From positions 128,001 through 192,000 of IMG/VR virus record IMGVR_UViG_3300037781_000042: a stretch of DNA of 64,000 bases. The stretch is one strand, 5' to 3'. The translations under genes and the position numbers were made by a program. The notes under the pieces are model-generated. The model was not told the origin of the DNA, ran no database searches, and saw only the letters and a list, made by a program, of their open reading frames with translations. This document shows, piece by piece, positions 47,739 to 56,872 of this stretch (its first letter is position 1; each line of letters starts with the position of its first letter). The stretch comes from a virus. Its lineage: Duplodnaviria > Caudoviricetes.

Positions 47739-48410
47739 CTAAATATTATTTCCATTATTCTTTTTAACTAATTGTTGTAAATTTTCTAAAGCTTTAATAT
47801 TTAAATGCTCAAAGTATTTTGTTTTATATAATCTTCCGCCCTTTTCCATTGCTTCTACTATAGTTTCATAGAAAGTATTTGGAGTTGATTTTTCATGTTT
47901 CAATATTTGAAGTTCATTAAATACTTTTTCTTGATTTAAAATGAATTCTTCTTCATCATAAGAAAATCCTAAAAGATCTAAATCTTGAATTATTTCTGCA
48001 AGTAAATATGGCTTTACATAATAATGTTTTGGGTGATTTAATGTAGGATTGAAACTAGTCGATTTTATCAATCCTTTAATTGTTAACACATCTTCAAATG
48101 ACCATCCAGCTCTTAATAAAAAAGTATTTGCAAAATCTGCAGAAGCTTCTTCATTTACCGAAGATCCTGGAACATAAATGACATCATGAAATAAAATACC
48201 AGTTTTAAGTAAAAGCATTTCTTTTTCAGATAAATCGTTTTCTATTTCTGTTGTAATAGAATCTAATAAAGAAAAAACATGATCTACATTGTGATATTTT
48301 CTCCAAGGTTGAGAATATTGAAATACTAATTCGTCTAAAAATAAGTTTAAGTGTTCATCACTTTCATTGAAGTGAATTATTTGTTTAAATGTTTCTTTTA
48401 AATTTTTCAT
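47739..48410 (-). CDS. HD-superfamily metal-dependent phosphohydrolase
   Basis: YSQPWRKYHNVDHV, ILFHDVIY, NEEASA, IQDLDLLG motifs. Confidence 0.75.
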   Translation of the reverse strand: MKNLKETFKQIIHFNESDEHLNLFLDELVFQYSQPWRKYHNVDHVFSLLDSITTEIENDLSEKEMLLLKTGILFHDVIYVPGSSVNEEASADFANTFLLRAGWSFEDVLTIKGLIKSTSFNPTLNHPKHYYVKPYLLAEIIQDLDLLGFSYDEEEFILNQEKVFNELQILKHEKSTPNTFYETIVEAMEKGGRLYKTKYFEHLNIKALENLQQLVKKNNGNNI

Positions 48411-48414
48411 ATTT

Positions 48415-48442
48415 ATTATACTTAAAAATAAGTGAAAAGTTT
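48415..48442 (-). promoter_or_regulatory. candidate AAACTTT-N15-TATAAT promoter
   Basis: AAACTTT TCACTTATTTTTAAG TATAAT, 4 nt before the ATG at 48410. Confidence 0.65.
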
Positions 48443-48446
48443 TCTA

Positions 48447-49985
48447 TTACAAAGATTCCAGAAGTTCAGTTCTTTCTTCTACCATATTTTCTAATTGGTC
48501 CATATCAAAACCCAAAATATTAAAATGTACTTGTGCTTTTAATTCATCTAGTTTTCTTTTTAGATATACTATTTCTCCAATGCTACCCGTCTCATTAATA
48601 GTGAAATTTATTTCAACAACACAACTAGACGGGAGAGTTGATAAAAATTCAAGTATTGTCATCGTTGGAATGTCTTTAATTTGAATATGTTTTAACGTTT
48701 GAATATTGATATTATCTAATAAATTTTTATCATTGTCTATTCTTAAACAGCTATGAATAATTAAATTTTCTAAATCAATTTCAATTTTTGGGTTAATTTT
48801 AATTTTATTATGTCCAAAACCGATACGGAAAGTATTAATTTTAGAAGGAAATTGTTTAAAATTTAATGTGTAATTAGCTGAGTTTCTTTCTAAAAATAAT
48901 TCACCAGTAATAATATCAGGCATATAATCTATGTAGTCTATTTTATCTAAACTTTCAATCTTCAAGTTTTTTAATTTTTTAGGAATTCCTTTAAAAGAAA
49001 AAGGATTTTCATTTACTCTTTCATATCCAACCCCTCCTCTAATAATCAATCTATTATTAGAAGGAAGTCCTTCTAAAGTTTCTAAATTATTTGAATGGAT
49101 TTCAATTTCATTAATAAATTCTACAGAAGAAAGTATATTTAAATCTTTCAACGTTTTACTAAAAAAATGACATTCGCCATGAATATTTTTAATTTTTAAA
49201 TTTTTAAAAAAATCATCTCTTTGATTTCTAATATAAAAGTTATGTAAATCATAAGTGCTGTCTATATTTTTAGTTATTTTTATTTCATCTACATCAATAA
49301 GAATGTCGACCCCACTAAATGACGATATTTCTTCGAACTCTTTATTAAGAATTGGAAAATTTTGATATTCTTGTGGTAATAATTTGCTTAATTTGTTTTT
49401 TGTATATTCAGAATATATCTGATCATTAGGCGCATCCCAAATAGTTATTCCGTTACTATTAGAATGAACTGCCATTTTATATCTTTTAGCATTCGGTGAT
49501 AATTTTTTATTTTGAAAATAGTATAAAGTTCCATTAGGATATACATGATAGTAGAAATAATTTTTACTTTCAGTTGCTGCAGTACACCATTTAGCTCCAT
49601 AGCCGTATTTTATCGAAGATGTTTTATTTAACGGAACTACTATTTTCCATTCTTCATCATCTCTAAGAATCAATTCGTGTGATTTTACGTCTTCACTATT
49701 TCGTATAAATCTATTTGTAATTGCTTCAACATCAGTACACATTTTATGGATAGAAAATTCTTGGTATGGATTATACATGTTATACTTATTTCTTTTATCT
49801 AAATTATACATAGATTTAGTAATAAATTTTATATAAAAATGAGAATATTGGTGTAAATAAAGTTCACAAATAAATATCATATATTTATATGCTTTAAAAG
49901 GAACCGCTTCTTTTAACTTATTAAATTCTTCTTTATTAATCTTTCCGGTTTCTACATATTTTTTTCTAGCTAATTTTAAACTCAT
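48447..49985 (-). CDS. WCTA-domain LRR-like protein (family B), leaderless
   Basis: MSLKLARKKY start; SSIKYGYGAKWCTAA; degenerate LRR C-terminus; AGGAG upstream. Confidence 0.8.
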   Translation of the reverse strand: MSLKLARKKYVETGKINKEEFNKLKEAVPFKAYKYMIFICELYLHQYSHFYIKFITKSMYNLDKRNKYNMYNPYQEFSIHKMCTDVEAITNRFIRNSEDVKSHELILRDDEEWKIVVPLNKTSSIKYGYGAKWCTAATESKNYFYYHVYPNGTLYYFQNKKLSPNAKRYKMAVHSNSNGITIWDAPNDQIYSEYTKNKLSKLLPQEYQNFPILNKEFEEISSFSGVDILIDVDEIKITKNIDSTYDLHNFYIRNQRDDFFKNLKIKNIHGECHFFSKTLKDLNILSSVEFINEIEIHSNNLETLEGLPSNNRLIIRGGVGYERVNENPFSFKGIPKKLKNLKIESLDKIDYIDYMPDIITGELFLERNSANYTLNFKQFPSKINTFRIGFGHNKIKINPKIEIDLENLIIHSCLRIDNDKNLLDNINIQTLKHIQIKDIPTMTILEFLSTLPSSCVVEINFTINETGSIGEIVYLKRKLDELKAQVHFNILGFDMDQLENMVEERTELLESL

Positions 49986-49998
49986 TTCATTCTCCTAT

Positions 49999-51672
49999 TT
50001 AAAATGGTATATTTTCATCTACTTCAATTATTTCTATTTCATAATCTTCATTTTGTACTGCATAGACAGGTTTTTTACCCCATATAGTAGTATACCCTCC
50101 TGATAAAGATAAATCTTCTTCTATCGATTCTTCTATTTCTTCATTTATTTTTTCCGTTTCTTTTTGACGAGGATTAGATAAACGAACACTTCTAATAAAT
50201 GCTCCGTTCATTTTAAAATTGGCTGAAGATTCTATTTCTAAATCTTCAAAACCATTCTTAGATAAATCAGAAATTTCTTTTATTGGATTTCTTTTTAAAT
50301 CTATATTAACACAATATGAAGGCAAATTTTCAACTTTAGTTATTTTATTATTTGCTAAAATAAGATTATCCATTTTATCATTTAGATTTTCTATTTTAGT
50401 TATATTATTATCTTCTAAATTTAAGTAACATATTTTATTTCCTCTAGGTAAATCTATTTGTTTCAAGTTATTGTAATTTACTGTCAAAGCTTTGATATTT
50501 AACGGGATATTTTTTAATGATTTAATTTCGGTATGTTTTAGAAATATTTTTGAAGTAATTTCTAAATCAGTATAATCTATATGTGAAATATTTCCGTGTA
50601 TAATACAAAACTCTCTTACTCTTCCTTTAGGCAACTTCACAGAAAAATTGTGAGTGTTAGAGGGCATATAGTTCACAAATCTTAATTCTGTTTTTAAATA
50701 AACGAACTCTGGTAAATTATCATAAAATTCTTTATCATGAACAATTAAATTTGAGCGACTTCCAAAAAGATATTTTATTTTTATAGGAAAAGAAGACATA
50801 TAAATAGAACTTATAATATCTGACATTTCTTCTGCTCTTTCAAAAATGTCAATTGTTTTGTCATCATTAAATACATATACTAATTGAGTATAATAACTTT
50901 GTAGTTTTTCAATAAAAGAAATTTTAGGACTTAGAGTAAAGTATTTATCTTTTATAAACTCTTCATTTTTATAATCAATTAATCTCAAAGCTTCTACATG
51001 ATTCGCATTAAATTCTTTTAATGTTTCCTTTGCTTTTTCTTCGTTTTCAAAACGAAAAGAATATAGTAGAGAATCGTCTGCGTCCCAAAGTTCAACTAAA
51101 TTTTCTTCATAATCTACTAAATATGCAGTTTTATATTGAGAATCATTATGCATAGGTTTATCTGGAAAATCGTCTAAATCTTTAAAGTGGACATAATACA
51201 AAACACTAGAAGAATTTCTATATTCACGAAATCTGTTACTGTTCTTTGCAGACGTACACCACTTGGTTCCTGCGCCATGTTTAATAGATGCATATTTTGT
51301 ATGAGGAACTACAATTTTTAATTTTTCATTGTCTACTATTACAGTTTCAGAAGTATGCGAATCTAAAGTTTTTAAAATTTTATCATTATATTTCATTCCT
51401 ACTTCAGTTAAGATACGGTTAAATTCATTAAAATTTAACTGATTAATATCTTCTTTAATGTATTTCTTTTTTCTAAATCTATTCCAATGATAAATGTATC
51501 TTGCAAGTTTAGGAATGTCGTGTTCTGTAAAATCGTTTTGTAAATAAAATTTACACATAGCTTCAAGATACTTGTAGCTTTTAGAAGGATCCGCTTCTTT
51601 AAGTTTATTAAAAAGTTTTTTGTTTATTTTTTTCTTAAGTAAATATTTTTCTTTAGCAGTTTTTAAACTCAT
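49999..51672 (-). CDS. WCTA-domain LRR protein (family B), leaderless
   Basis: MSLKTAKEKY; DPSKSYKYLE; ASIKHGAGTKWCTSA; LxLxxNxIxKIENL repeats; ends DENIPF. Confidence 0.8.
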   Translation of the reverse strand: MSLKTAKEKYLLKKKINKKLFNKLKEADPSKSYKYLEAMCKFYLQNDFTEHDIPKLARYIYHWNRFRKKKYIKEDINQLNFNEFNRILTEVGMKYNDKILKTLDSHTSETVIVDNEKLKIVVPHTKYASIKHGAGTKWCTSAKNSNRFREYRNSSSVLYYVHFKDLDDFPDKPMHNDSQYKTAYLVDYEENLVELWDADDSLLYSFRFENEEKAKETLKEFNANHVEALRLIDYKNEEFIKDKYFTLSPKISFIEKLQSYYTQLVYVFNDDKTIDIFERAEEMSDIISSIYMSSFPIKIKYLFGSRSNLIVHDKEFYDNLPEFVYLKTELRFVNYMPSNTHNFSVKLPKGRVREFCIIHGNISHIDYTDLEITSKIFLKHTEIKSLKNIPLNIKALTVNYNNLKQIDLPRGNKICYLNLEDNNITKIENLNDKMDNLILANNKITKVENLPSYCVNIDLKRNPIKEISDLSKNGFEDLEIESSANFKMNGAFIRSVRLSNPRQKETEKINEEIEESIEEDLSLSGGYTTIWGKKPVYAVQNEDYEIEIIEVDENIPF

Positions 51673-51685
51673 TTTATTCTCCTAT

Positions 51686-53344
51686 TTAAAATGGTACCCC
51701 GGCTCTGTCGCAAGTACTTTCACTAAGTGTAATACCCGAATTTACTATAATTTTTTTACTATTTGGTAAAATTAACGTTTCTTCTGCAGTTCTAGGGTTG
51801 GACAATGAAAGTTCAGAAACATCTATATCGTTTATAACTATTTTGTTGTAAGAAAGATTTAACGATTCAAAATTACTATTCGAAAGATTTTCGGGTAAAG
51901 ACTTAATATTATTTTCCATTAACAATATTCTTCTTGTCCATTGAGGAAGATTTTCTATTTTTTCAATTTCATTATCTACTAAATTTAGTAAATTCATTTT
52001 TTTAGGTAACCCTTTAATCTTTTTTATTTTACATTTACTTAAATTAATTTCTTTCATTTTTTCTGGAAATACTACTTCTATTTCATTTATTTCATTAGAA
52101 CTTCCGTTAAATATTTCCAAATGCTGAGTATTTAAATTTAAAAGTGTTTTAATTTTAGTATTTGAAACGTCTAATTTCCAATATGAAATATTTGAAATAT
52201 GTTTTAAATCGTCAATATCAGAATCATGTAAATCCAGATCATATATTAATCCGTTAGAAAAAGATTTCCAATTATCTATTTTTAAATTACCTCCGTATAA
52301 ATATACAGAAGTTATATTTTCAATATTTAAATTTTCAAAATAAATTTCCCTTATAAATAAACTTCTACAAAAACAATTTTTAATTTTAATAGGGTAGTCT
52401 GTTGGAATATAATTATTATATCCAAATACATCTAATGTTCCATCATCATTAAATACTCTATAACTTCCTACTTCGTCAATTATTTCTTTGTCGTATTTGC
52501 TATTTTGTTCTTTATATTTTTCATCAAAATATTTTTCTGAAAAATCTATATAAGATACTGCAAGTTTAATTATATCATGAAAATCTGCTCTATGTGGAGG
52601 ATCTAAAGATTTCCATATTGCTATTTTTTTATAAATTTCTTCTAGATTTTCTTCAGTGTTTTTTGTATTTTCCCAATGTATTACATAAACATTTGAATCT
52701 TCAACATCCCAAAATTTAATATATTGTTCTTCTCTACTAACTTCTGCTGCTAATTTATACAAATTACTATTTGAAGATGGATCGTCTGGATGCCTATCTA
52801 AATATTTAAAATAGAAATAATATAAAACACAATTAGAATTTTGATATTGATTAAATCTGTTATCTTCTGTTCCTGCTGTACACCATTGAGTTCCGTACCC
52901 GTATTTTATAGAAGCAGTATCTGTGTGAGGAATAACTACTTGTATATCATCATTGTTTTCTAGAATAGTTTTTTTATATTTTCGAGTGTCATTTTTTTCT
53001 ATAAATTTAATATTATATTTTTCAAATACTCGAACTAAAATAGTTCTAATTGTATCAGCAGAAAGTTGATTTATATCTTCTTTAATGTAACCCTTTTTTC
53101 TAAACCTATCCCAATGATAAATTAATCTTTCTACCCATTTTATTTTATATAGAGTTAAAAACTTTTCCGGGTAGTGGTCATCTTCATTTATGTAAAAATA
53201 ATAATTTTCATACATATCACACATAGCTTCAAGATACTTATAGCTTTTAGAAGGATCTAGTTCTTTTAGTTTATTGAAAACTTCTTTAGAAACTTTTTTT
53301 GTTTTTAAATATTTTTCTCTAGCAGATTTTAAACTCATTGCCAA
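51686..53344 (-). CDS. WCTA-domain LRR protein (family B), leaderless
   Basis: MSLKSAREKY (second Met); ASIKYGYGTQWCTAG; LRRs; ends AGVPF. Confidence 0.8.
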   Translation of the reverse strand: MAMSLKSAREKYLKTKKVSKEVFNKLKELDPSKSYKYLEAMCDMYENYYFYINEDDHYPEKFLTLYKIKWVERLIYHWDRFRKKGYIKEDINQLSADTIRTILVRVFEKYNIKFIEKNDTRKYKKTILENNDDIQVVIPHTDTASIKYGYGTQWCTAGTEDNRFNQYQNSNCVLYYFYFKYLDRHPDDPSSNSNLYKLAAEVSREEQYIKFWDVEDSNVYVIHWENTKNTEENLEEIYKKIAIWKSLDPPHRADFHDIIKLAVSYIDFSEKYFDEKYKEQNSKYDKEIIDEVGSYRVFNDDGTLDVFGYNNYIPTDYPIKIKNCFCRSLFIREIYFENLNIENITSVYLYGGNLKIDNWKSFSNGLIYDLDLHDSDIDDLKHISNISYWKLDVSNTKIKTLLNLNTQHLEIFNGSSNEINEIEVVFPEKMKEINLSKCKIKKIKGLPKKMNLLNLVDNEIEKIENLPQWTRRILLMENNIKSLPENLSNSNFESLNLSYNKIVINDIDVSELSLSNPRTAEETLILPNSKKIIVNSGITLSESTCDRAGVPF

Positions 53345-54882
53345 GATCCTCTTTTATTATTTAACACTAAATCTTCAATAAAAATATCATTAATTTTAAT
53401 TTTATTTCTGTGTAAATATAATCTATTAAACTGATGAGACATTAAATTTTCAGGAATTTCTTTAATTTCATTGTCATCTAAAAATATAGTATCAAATTTT
53501 AGTGGCAAATACTTTAAATCCTGAATATTATTATTTCGTAAATAAACTTCTCCTACATTATCAGGTAAATTTTTCAAAGATTTTAAATTATTATTTTCTA
53601 ATACAATCTCATCCATTTTATTTGGTAATTTACAATCTATTTTTTCTAAAGGTACTCCATTTGCGTGTATACTTAAAACATTTTTACTAATAAGCTTTAA
53701 AGATTTTATTTGACTCCAATTCAAATTTATTTTAAAGTAAGAAATATCTTTTAAATGATATAAATTTTTAATTTTGCTATTAGTTAAATCAATATAATAA
53801 GTACTTCCTTTTGGAAAACTAGACCATTTATTTAAATCTAAATTGTTAGCTTCTATTTTATAACATTCAACGTTTTCAATATAGTTAGATAAATCATTTA
53901 TCTTCAAATTATTTAAATATAAACCATCTCCTATAAAATTCTTTATTTTTATACAATTTTCTCCTTTCTCTTCAATATATGAATTTAAATCACAATCTCC
54001 ATAAAATTTATCTAATGTTCCATCATCATTGAAAATATATCCTCCATTATTAGGTAAAAGCGTTGCCAAATTATTTTGTTGAATATATTTTTTACTTAAA
54101 AAACGTCTATTGAAAGTTAAATATTTAATTATAGGAACATAAACTTTTTGGAATTCTAGAGAATAATGACGTTCAATAAATTCTTGTAAATCCTTTCTAA
54201 CCTCTTTTGCAGGTTCTTCTAAATCTATACTGTAACAAGTTAAAATTTTATTGTCATTAACATCCCAAAATCTAATTTCATCCTCTTCAATATCTATATC
54301 TATAGCAGTTTTATAATAATTTGAATTTAATTCAGGATTATTAGGATGAGTATCTAAATCTTTAAAGTGAACGTAATAGAAAAAATGACCTGCGTTTTGA
54401 TATTCATTGAATCTATTGGATCTTTTTGCAGCAGTACACCATCTAGTTCCTGATCCGTATTTTATAGAACCCATATCTGTATGCGGAACTACAATTTTGA
54501 ATTTATCGTTATCTACAATAACAGTTTCATGATATTTTCTAGTGTCCTTTTTTTCCATAAATTTAATATTAAATTCATATCCGGTCTCTAAAACTATCTC
54601 TACACATTCATTAAAATTTAATTGATTAATATCTTCTTTAATATAACCTTTTTTTCTAAATCTTTCCCAATGGTAGATAATTTTACTTATAAATTTAATC
54701 CTATGATTCTGTTTAAATGCTTGTGGATAACCGAGATCTGGAGATTTAGTTAAATAGTAGTCACACATTGCTTCGATATATTTAAACGTTTTAGAAGGAT
54801 CATTCTTTTTTAATTCGTTGAAAACTTCTTCAGAAACTTCCCCTGTATCTAAATACTTTTTTCTTGCTGATTTTAAACTCAT
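53335..54882 (-). CDS. WCTA-domain LRR protein (family B), leaderless
   Basis: MSLKSARKKY; GSIKYGSGTRWCTAA; LRRs; AAGGAG upstream. Confidence 0.8.
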   Translation of the reverse strand: MSLKSARKKYLDTGEVSEEVFNELKKNDPSKTFKYIEAMCDYYLTKSPDLGYPQAFKQNHRIKFISKIIYHWERFRKKGYIKEDINQLNFNECVEIVLETGYEFNIKFMEKKDTRKYHETVIVDNDKFKIVVPHTDMGSIKYGSGTRWCTAAKRSNRFNEYQNAGHFFYYVHFKDLDTHPNNPELNSNYYKTAIDIDIEEDEIRFWDVNDNKILTCYSIDLEEPAKEVRKDLQEFIERHYSLEFQKVYVPIIKYLTFNRRFLSKKYIQQNNLATLLPNNGGYIFNDDGTLDKFYGDCDLNSYIEEKGENCIKIKNFIGDGLYLNNLKINDLSNYIENVECYKIEANNLDLNKWSSFPKGSTYYIDLTNSKIKNLYHLKDISYFKINLNWSQIKSLKLISKNVLSIHANGVPLEKIDCKLPNKMDEIVLENNNLKSLKNLPDNVGEVYLRNNNIQDLKYLPLKFDTIFLDDNEIKEIPENLMSHQFNRLYLHRNKIKINDIFIEDLVLNNKRGSWQ

Positions 54883-54932
54883 CGATACGTTACTCCTTTA
54901 AAATTTTTCTTAATTGTTAATTGAATGTGTTG

Positions 54933-54951
54933 TAATATAAGAAAAATTTTT
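54933..54951 (-). promoter_or_regulatory. candidate early promoter AAAAATTTTTCTTATATTA
   Basis: Matches 17807-17825 at 17 of 19 positions; heads the four-gene array. Confidence 0.35.
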
Positions 54952-54952
54952 T

Positions 54953-54991
54953 AAATAAAAAAATCTCTACTAAAATTAATTAGTAGAGATT
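54953..54991 (-). terminator. rho-independent terminator
   Basis: 12-bp stem aatctctactaa / ttagtagagatt followed by a U run on the minus strand. Confidence 0.8.
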
Positions 54992-55020
54992 CAATATGAA
55001 AACAACAAAAATAGTTTTAT

Positions 55021-56811
55021 TTAGCCACGGAATTGATCTAGGCCTTCAAGTTCTTTAAATTTATTTATAACTATATCTGCATTTTTTTGATGTATTTCTG
55101 GTGAGATGTCTCCATAATCCTGTGATCCTTTAACACCTCCTTTAGAATTGTTATTTGTTTGATCTACTTTTTCTCCCGATTCGTATTCATCATCTATACT
55201 AAATTTTTTAAGTACATCATGTTTCTTAGATCCTTCTTCTATTCCATATATAAGTTGCATTAAAGCTAAGTAAGTAATCGAGCCTTCCCATATAGAAGCC
55301 ATTAGAGCATAAGAAGCCCAAAATGTAGCAAATGCTAAAGTAACATTTGTAACAGGAACTTTTTTATCTGAAGCAGCGTTTGCCTTTAAAAATTTAGTAA
55401 CAAACGGTCCTACTTGTTTAAGTAAATCTTCAAATGACCCTTTAGTTGTATACTTACCATCTTCATTTAAAACACCATATTCTAATTGTCTTAAAAATCC
55501 AATATCAGTTAAAAGAGAATCATTTCCTAAAATGATTTTACAATATTTTTGAAATTCTTGAATTCCAAAATTCGAAGCATCTAAATTATCAACTCTATTA
55601 TTCCAATAAGAACGTATTACCTGATGTAACCATTTTCTATTGGTAATATTGTGAGTACTATTTGCTTGATTTAAATATTCTTCTGAAAGCATCCAAGAAG
55701 CCCATCCAATAGTATTCATCCCAGGAATAAAATTATCAAAGAAAGTATCATACCATCCTTCTGATTCTTCTGCTACCGACATCTTATAAGGATTTTTTTC
55801 ATCATCGTCATTTTCTAACATATACTTAGAAACATAAGCTTTCATAGAAGTATAATCTTCTATATCTTTTCTTCCTGAAACATTAAATCCTGCATATTGA
55901 TCAAATACTTCATCTATCCAATCTTCTTTAGAATCTCCTGCTAAAATTTCATTCATCAAAGAAGATTCAGTTATAGACTCTCCTAATTTCTCTATTCCTT
56001 TCATGTACTCTTCTACATACTTAAGAGATTTTTGATCGTCTGCAATTCTTATGGTAAACTTTCCTTCTCCTTTAAAACTATCATTTAATTTTCCTAAAAA
56101 AGAAAGTCCTGCTGTTTTAGAAGCAAATAAACCTCCAGCAACAGATTTATAAATATTTTTTATCTTTGTTTTACTAGTACTCTTTTTATGTTTTCCATTT
56201 TCCCAGATTTCTTTAATCTCGTACATGTCTGGATTTCCTCTAAGATAGAAGAATCCCCATACAACCGCGGCTGCCGCTAATACAGTTACCCCTGCAGCAG
56301 TTGTAAAGAAACTAAGAATGGCTTTTCCTCCCATCAATAAAGATCTTCCTATACCTGTCCAAAATCCTGCTCCCCATAAACCAGTAGTAGTTCCAGCAGA
56401 AGTTGCAGCAACAGCAGATTTTACACCTAATGCAGAAAGAGCCTTTGTAAAAATACTTACTTTAGCTGCTCCTGCGGCTGCTGCAGTAGTTCCAACAGCA
56501 AAAGAAGATTTAGCAACAGCAGCGGCTCCTGCTTTCGATATAGCTGAACCAACTAACCATCCCCCTAATTTCTTAAAAGCAAATTTTGCTACCAAACCCA
56601 TTCCTACATAAGTAGTTAATGTCTCAGCAACACTAGTAACCATACTTACATTTGCTGTAGCAGTTTCATCACCACCTATTTCATTTTCTACGTTTAAAGA
56701 TTCTACATCTTCGTCCTCATAGATGAACCCAGAGGTGTTTGTTTCTTTAAGATGATTATTACTATGTCTTTTCGATTCTAAGTCCTTAGAATACTCCGTA
56801 TAATTTTTCAT
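55021..56811 (-). CDS. putative internal/ejection protein with long Ala/Gly-rich hydrophobic region
   Basis: MKNYTEY start; about 130 aa of A/G/V-rich apolar helices; late motif upstream; own terminator. Confidence 0.5.
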   Translation of the reverse strand: MKNYTEYSKDLESKRHSNNHLKETNTSGFIYEDEDVESLNVENEIGGDETATANVSMVTSVAETLTTYVGMGLVAKFAFKKLGGWLVGSAISKAGAAAVAKSSFAVGTTAAAAGAAKVSIFTKALSALGVKSAVAATSAGTTTGLWGAGFWTGIGRSLLMGGKAILSFFTTAAGVTVLAAAAVVWGFFYLRGNPDMYEIKEIWENGKHKKSTSKTKIKNIYKSVAGGLFASKTAGLSFLGKLNDSFKGEGKFTIRIADDQKSLKYVEEYMKGIEKLGESITESSLMNEILAGDSKEDWIDEVFDQYAGFNVSGRKDIEDYTSMKAYVSKYMLENDDDEKNPYKMSVAEESEGWYDTFFDNFIPGMNTIGWASWMLSEEYLNQANSTHNITNRKWLHQVIRSYWNNRVDNLDASNFGIQEFQKYCKIILGNDSLLTDIGFLRQLEYGVLNEDGKYTTKGSFEDLLKQVGPFVTKFLKANAASDKKVPVTNVTLAFATFWASYALMASIWEGSITYLALMQLIYGIEEGSKKHDVLKKFSIDDEYESGEKVDQTNNNSKGGVKGSQDYGDISPEIHQKNADIVINKFKELEGLDQFRG

Positions 56812-56835
56812 TTATTTTTAGTCTATTTAATATTA

Positions 56836-56845
56836 GTATATATTC
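56836..56845 (-). promoter_or_regulatory. candidate late promoter GAATATATAC
   Basis: Directly after a terminator, as at 12475 and 6837. Confidence 0.55.
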
Positions 56846-56847
56846 AC

Positions 56848-56872
56848 AAAAAAAGAGACCTTAAGTCTCTTT
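56848..56872 (-). terminator. rho-independent terminator closing the gp47 / gp46-fragment transcript
   Basis: AAAGAGAC-TTAAG-GTCTCTTT plus U run, abutting the stop codon at 56871. Confidence 0.8.

Noticed and set aside
47739-48410. Leader-like N-terminus MKNLKETFKQIIHFNE on the HD protein
   Set aside because: Spacing deviates from both leader types and the gene follows the TATAAT-class promoter rather than the late motif; not counted
6198-53690. Short opposite-strand or nested ORFs in the track (6198, 8113, 14526, 14971, 15527, 16465, 18091, 20098, 23443, 24166, 24981, 26221, 31534, 33456, 34094, 43277, 47550, 50219, 53502)
   Set aside because: They lie within or across longer, better-supported genes and have the L/F/S/I-rich composition typical of antisense frames in AT-rich DNA
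56318-56611. 97-aa Ala/Pro-rich plus-strand ORF
   Set aside because: Antisense shadow of the Ala-rich region of the 55021-56811 gene
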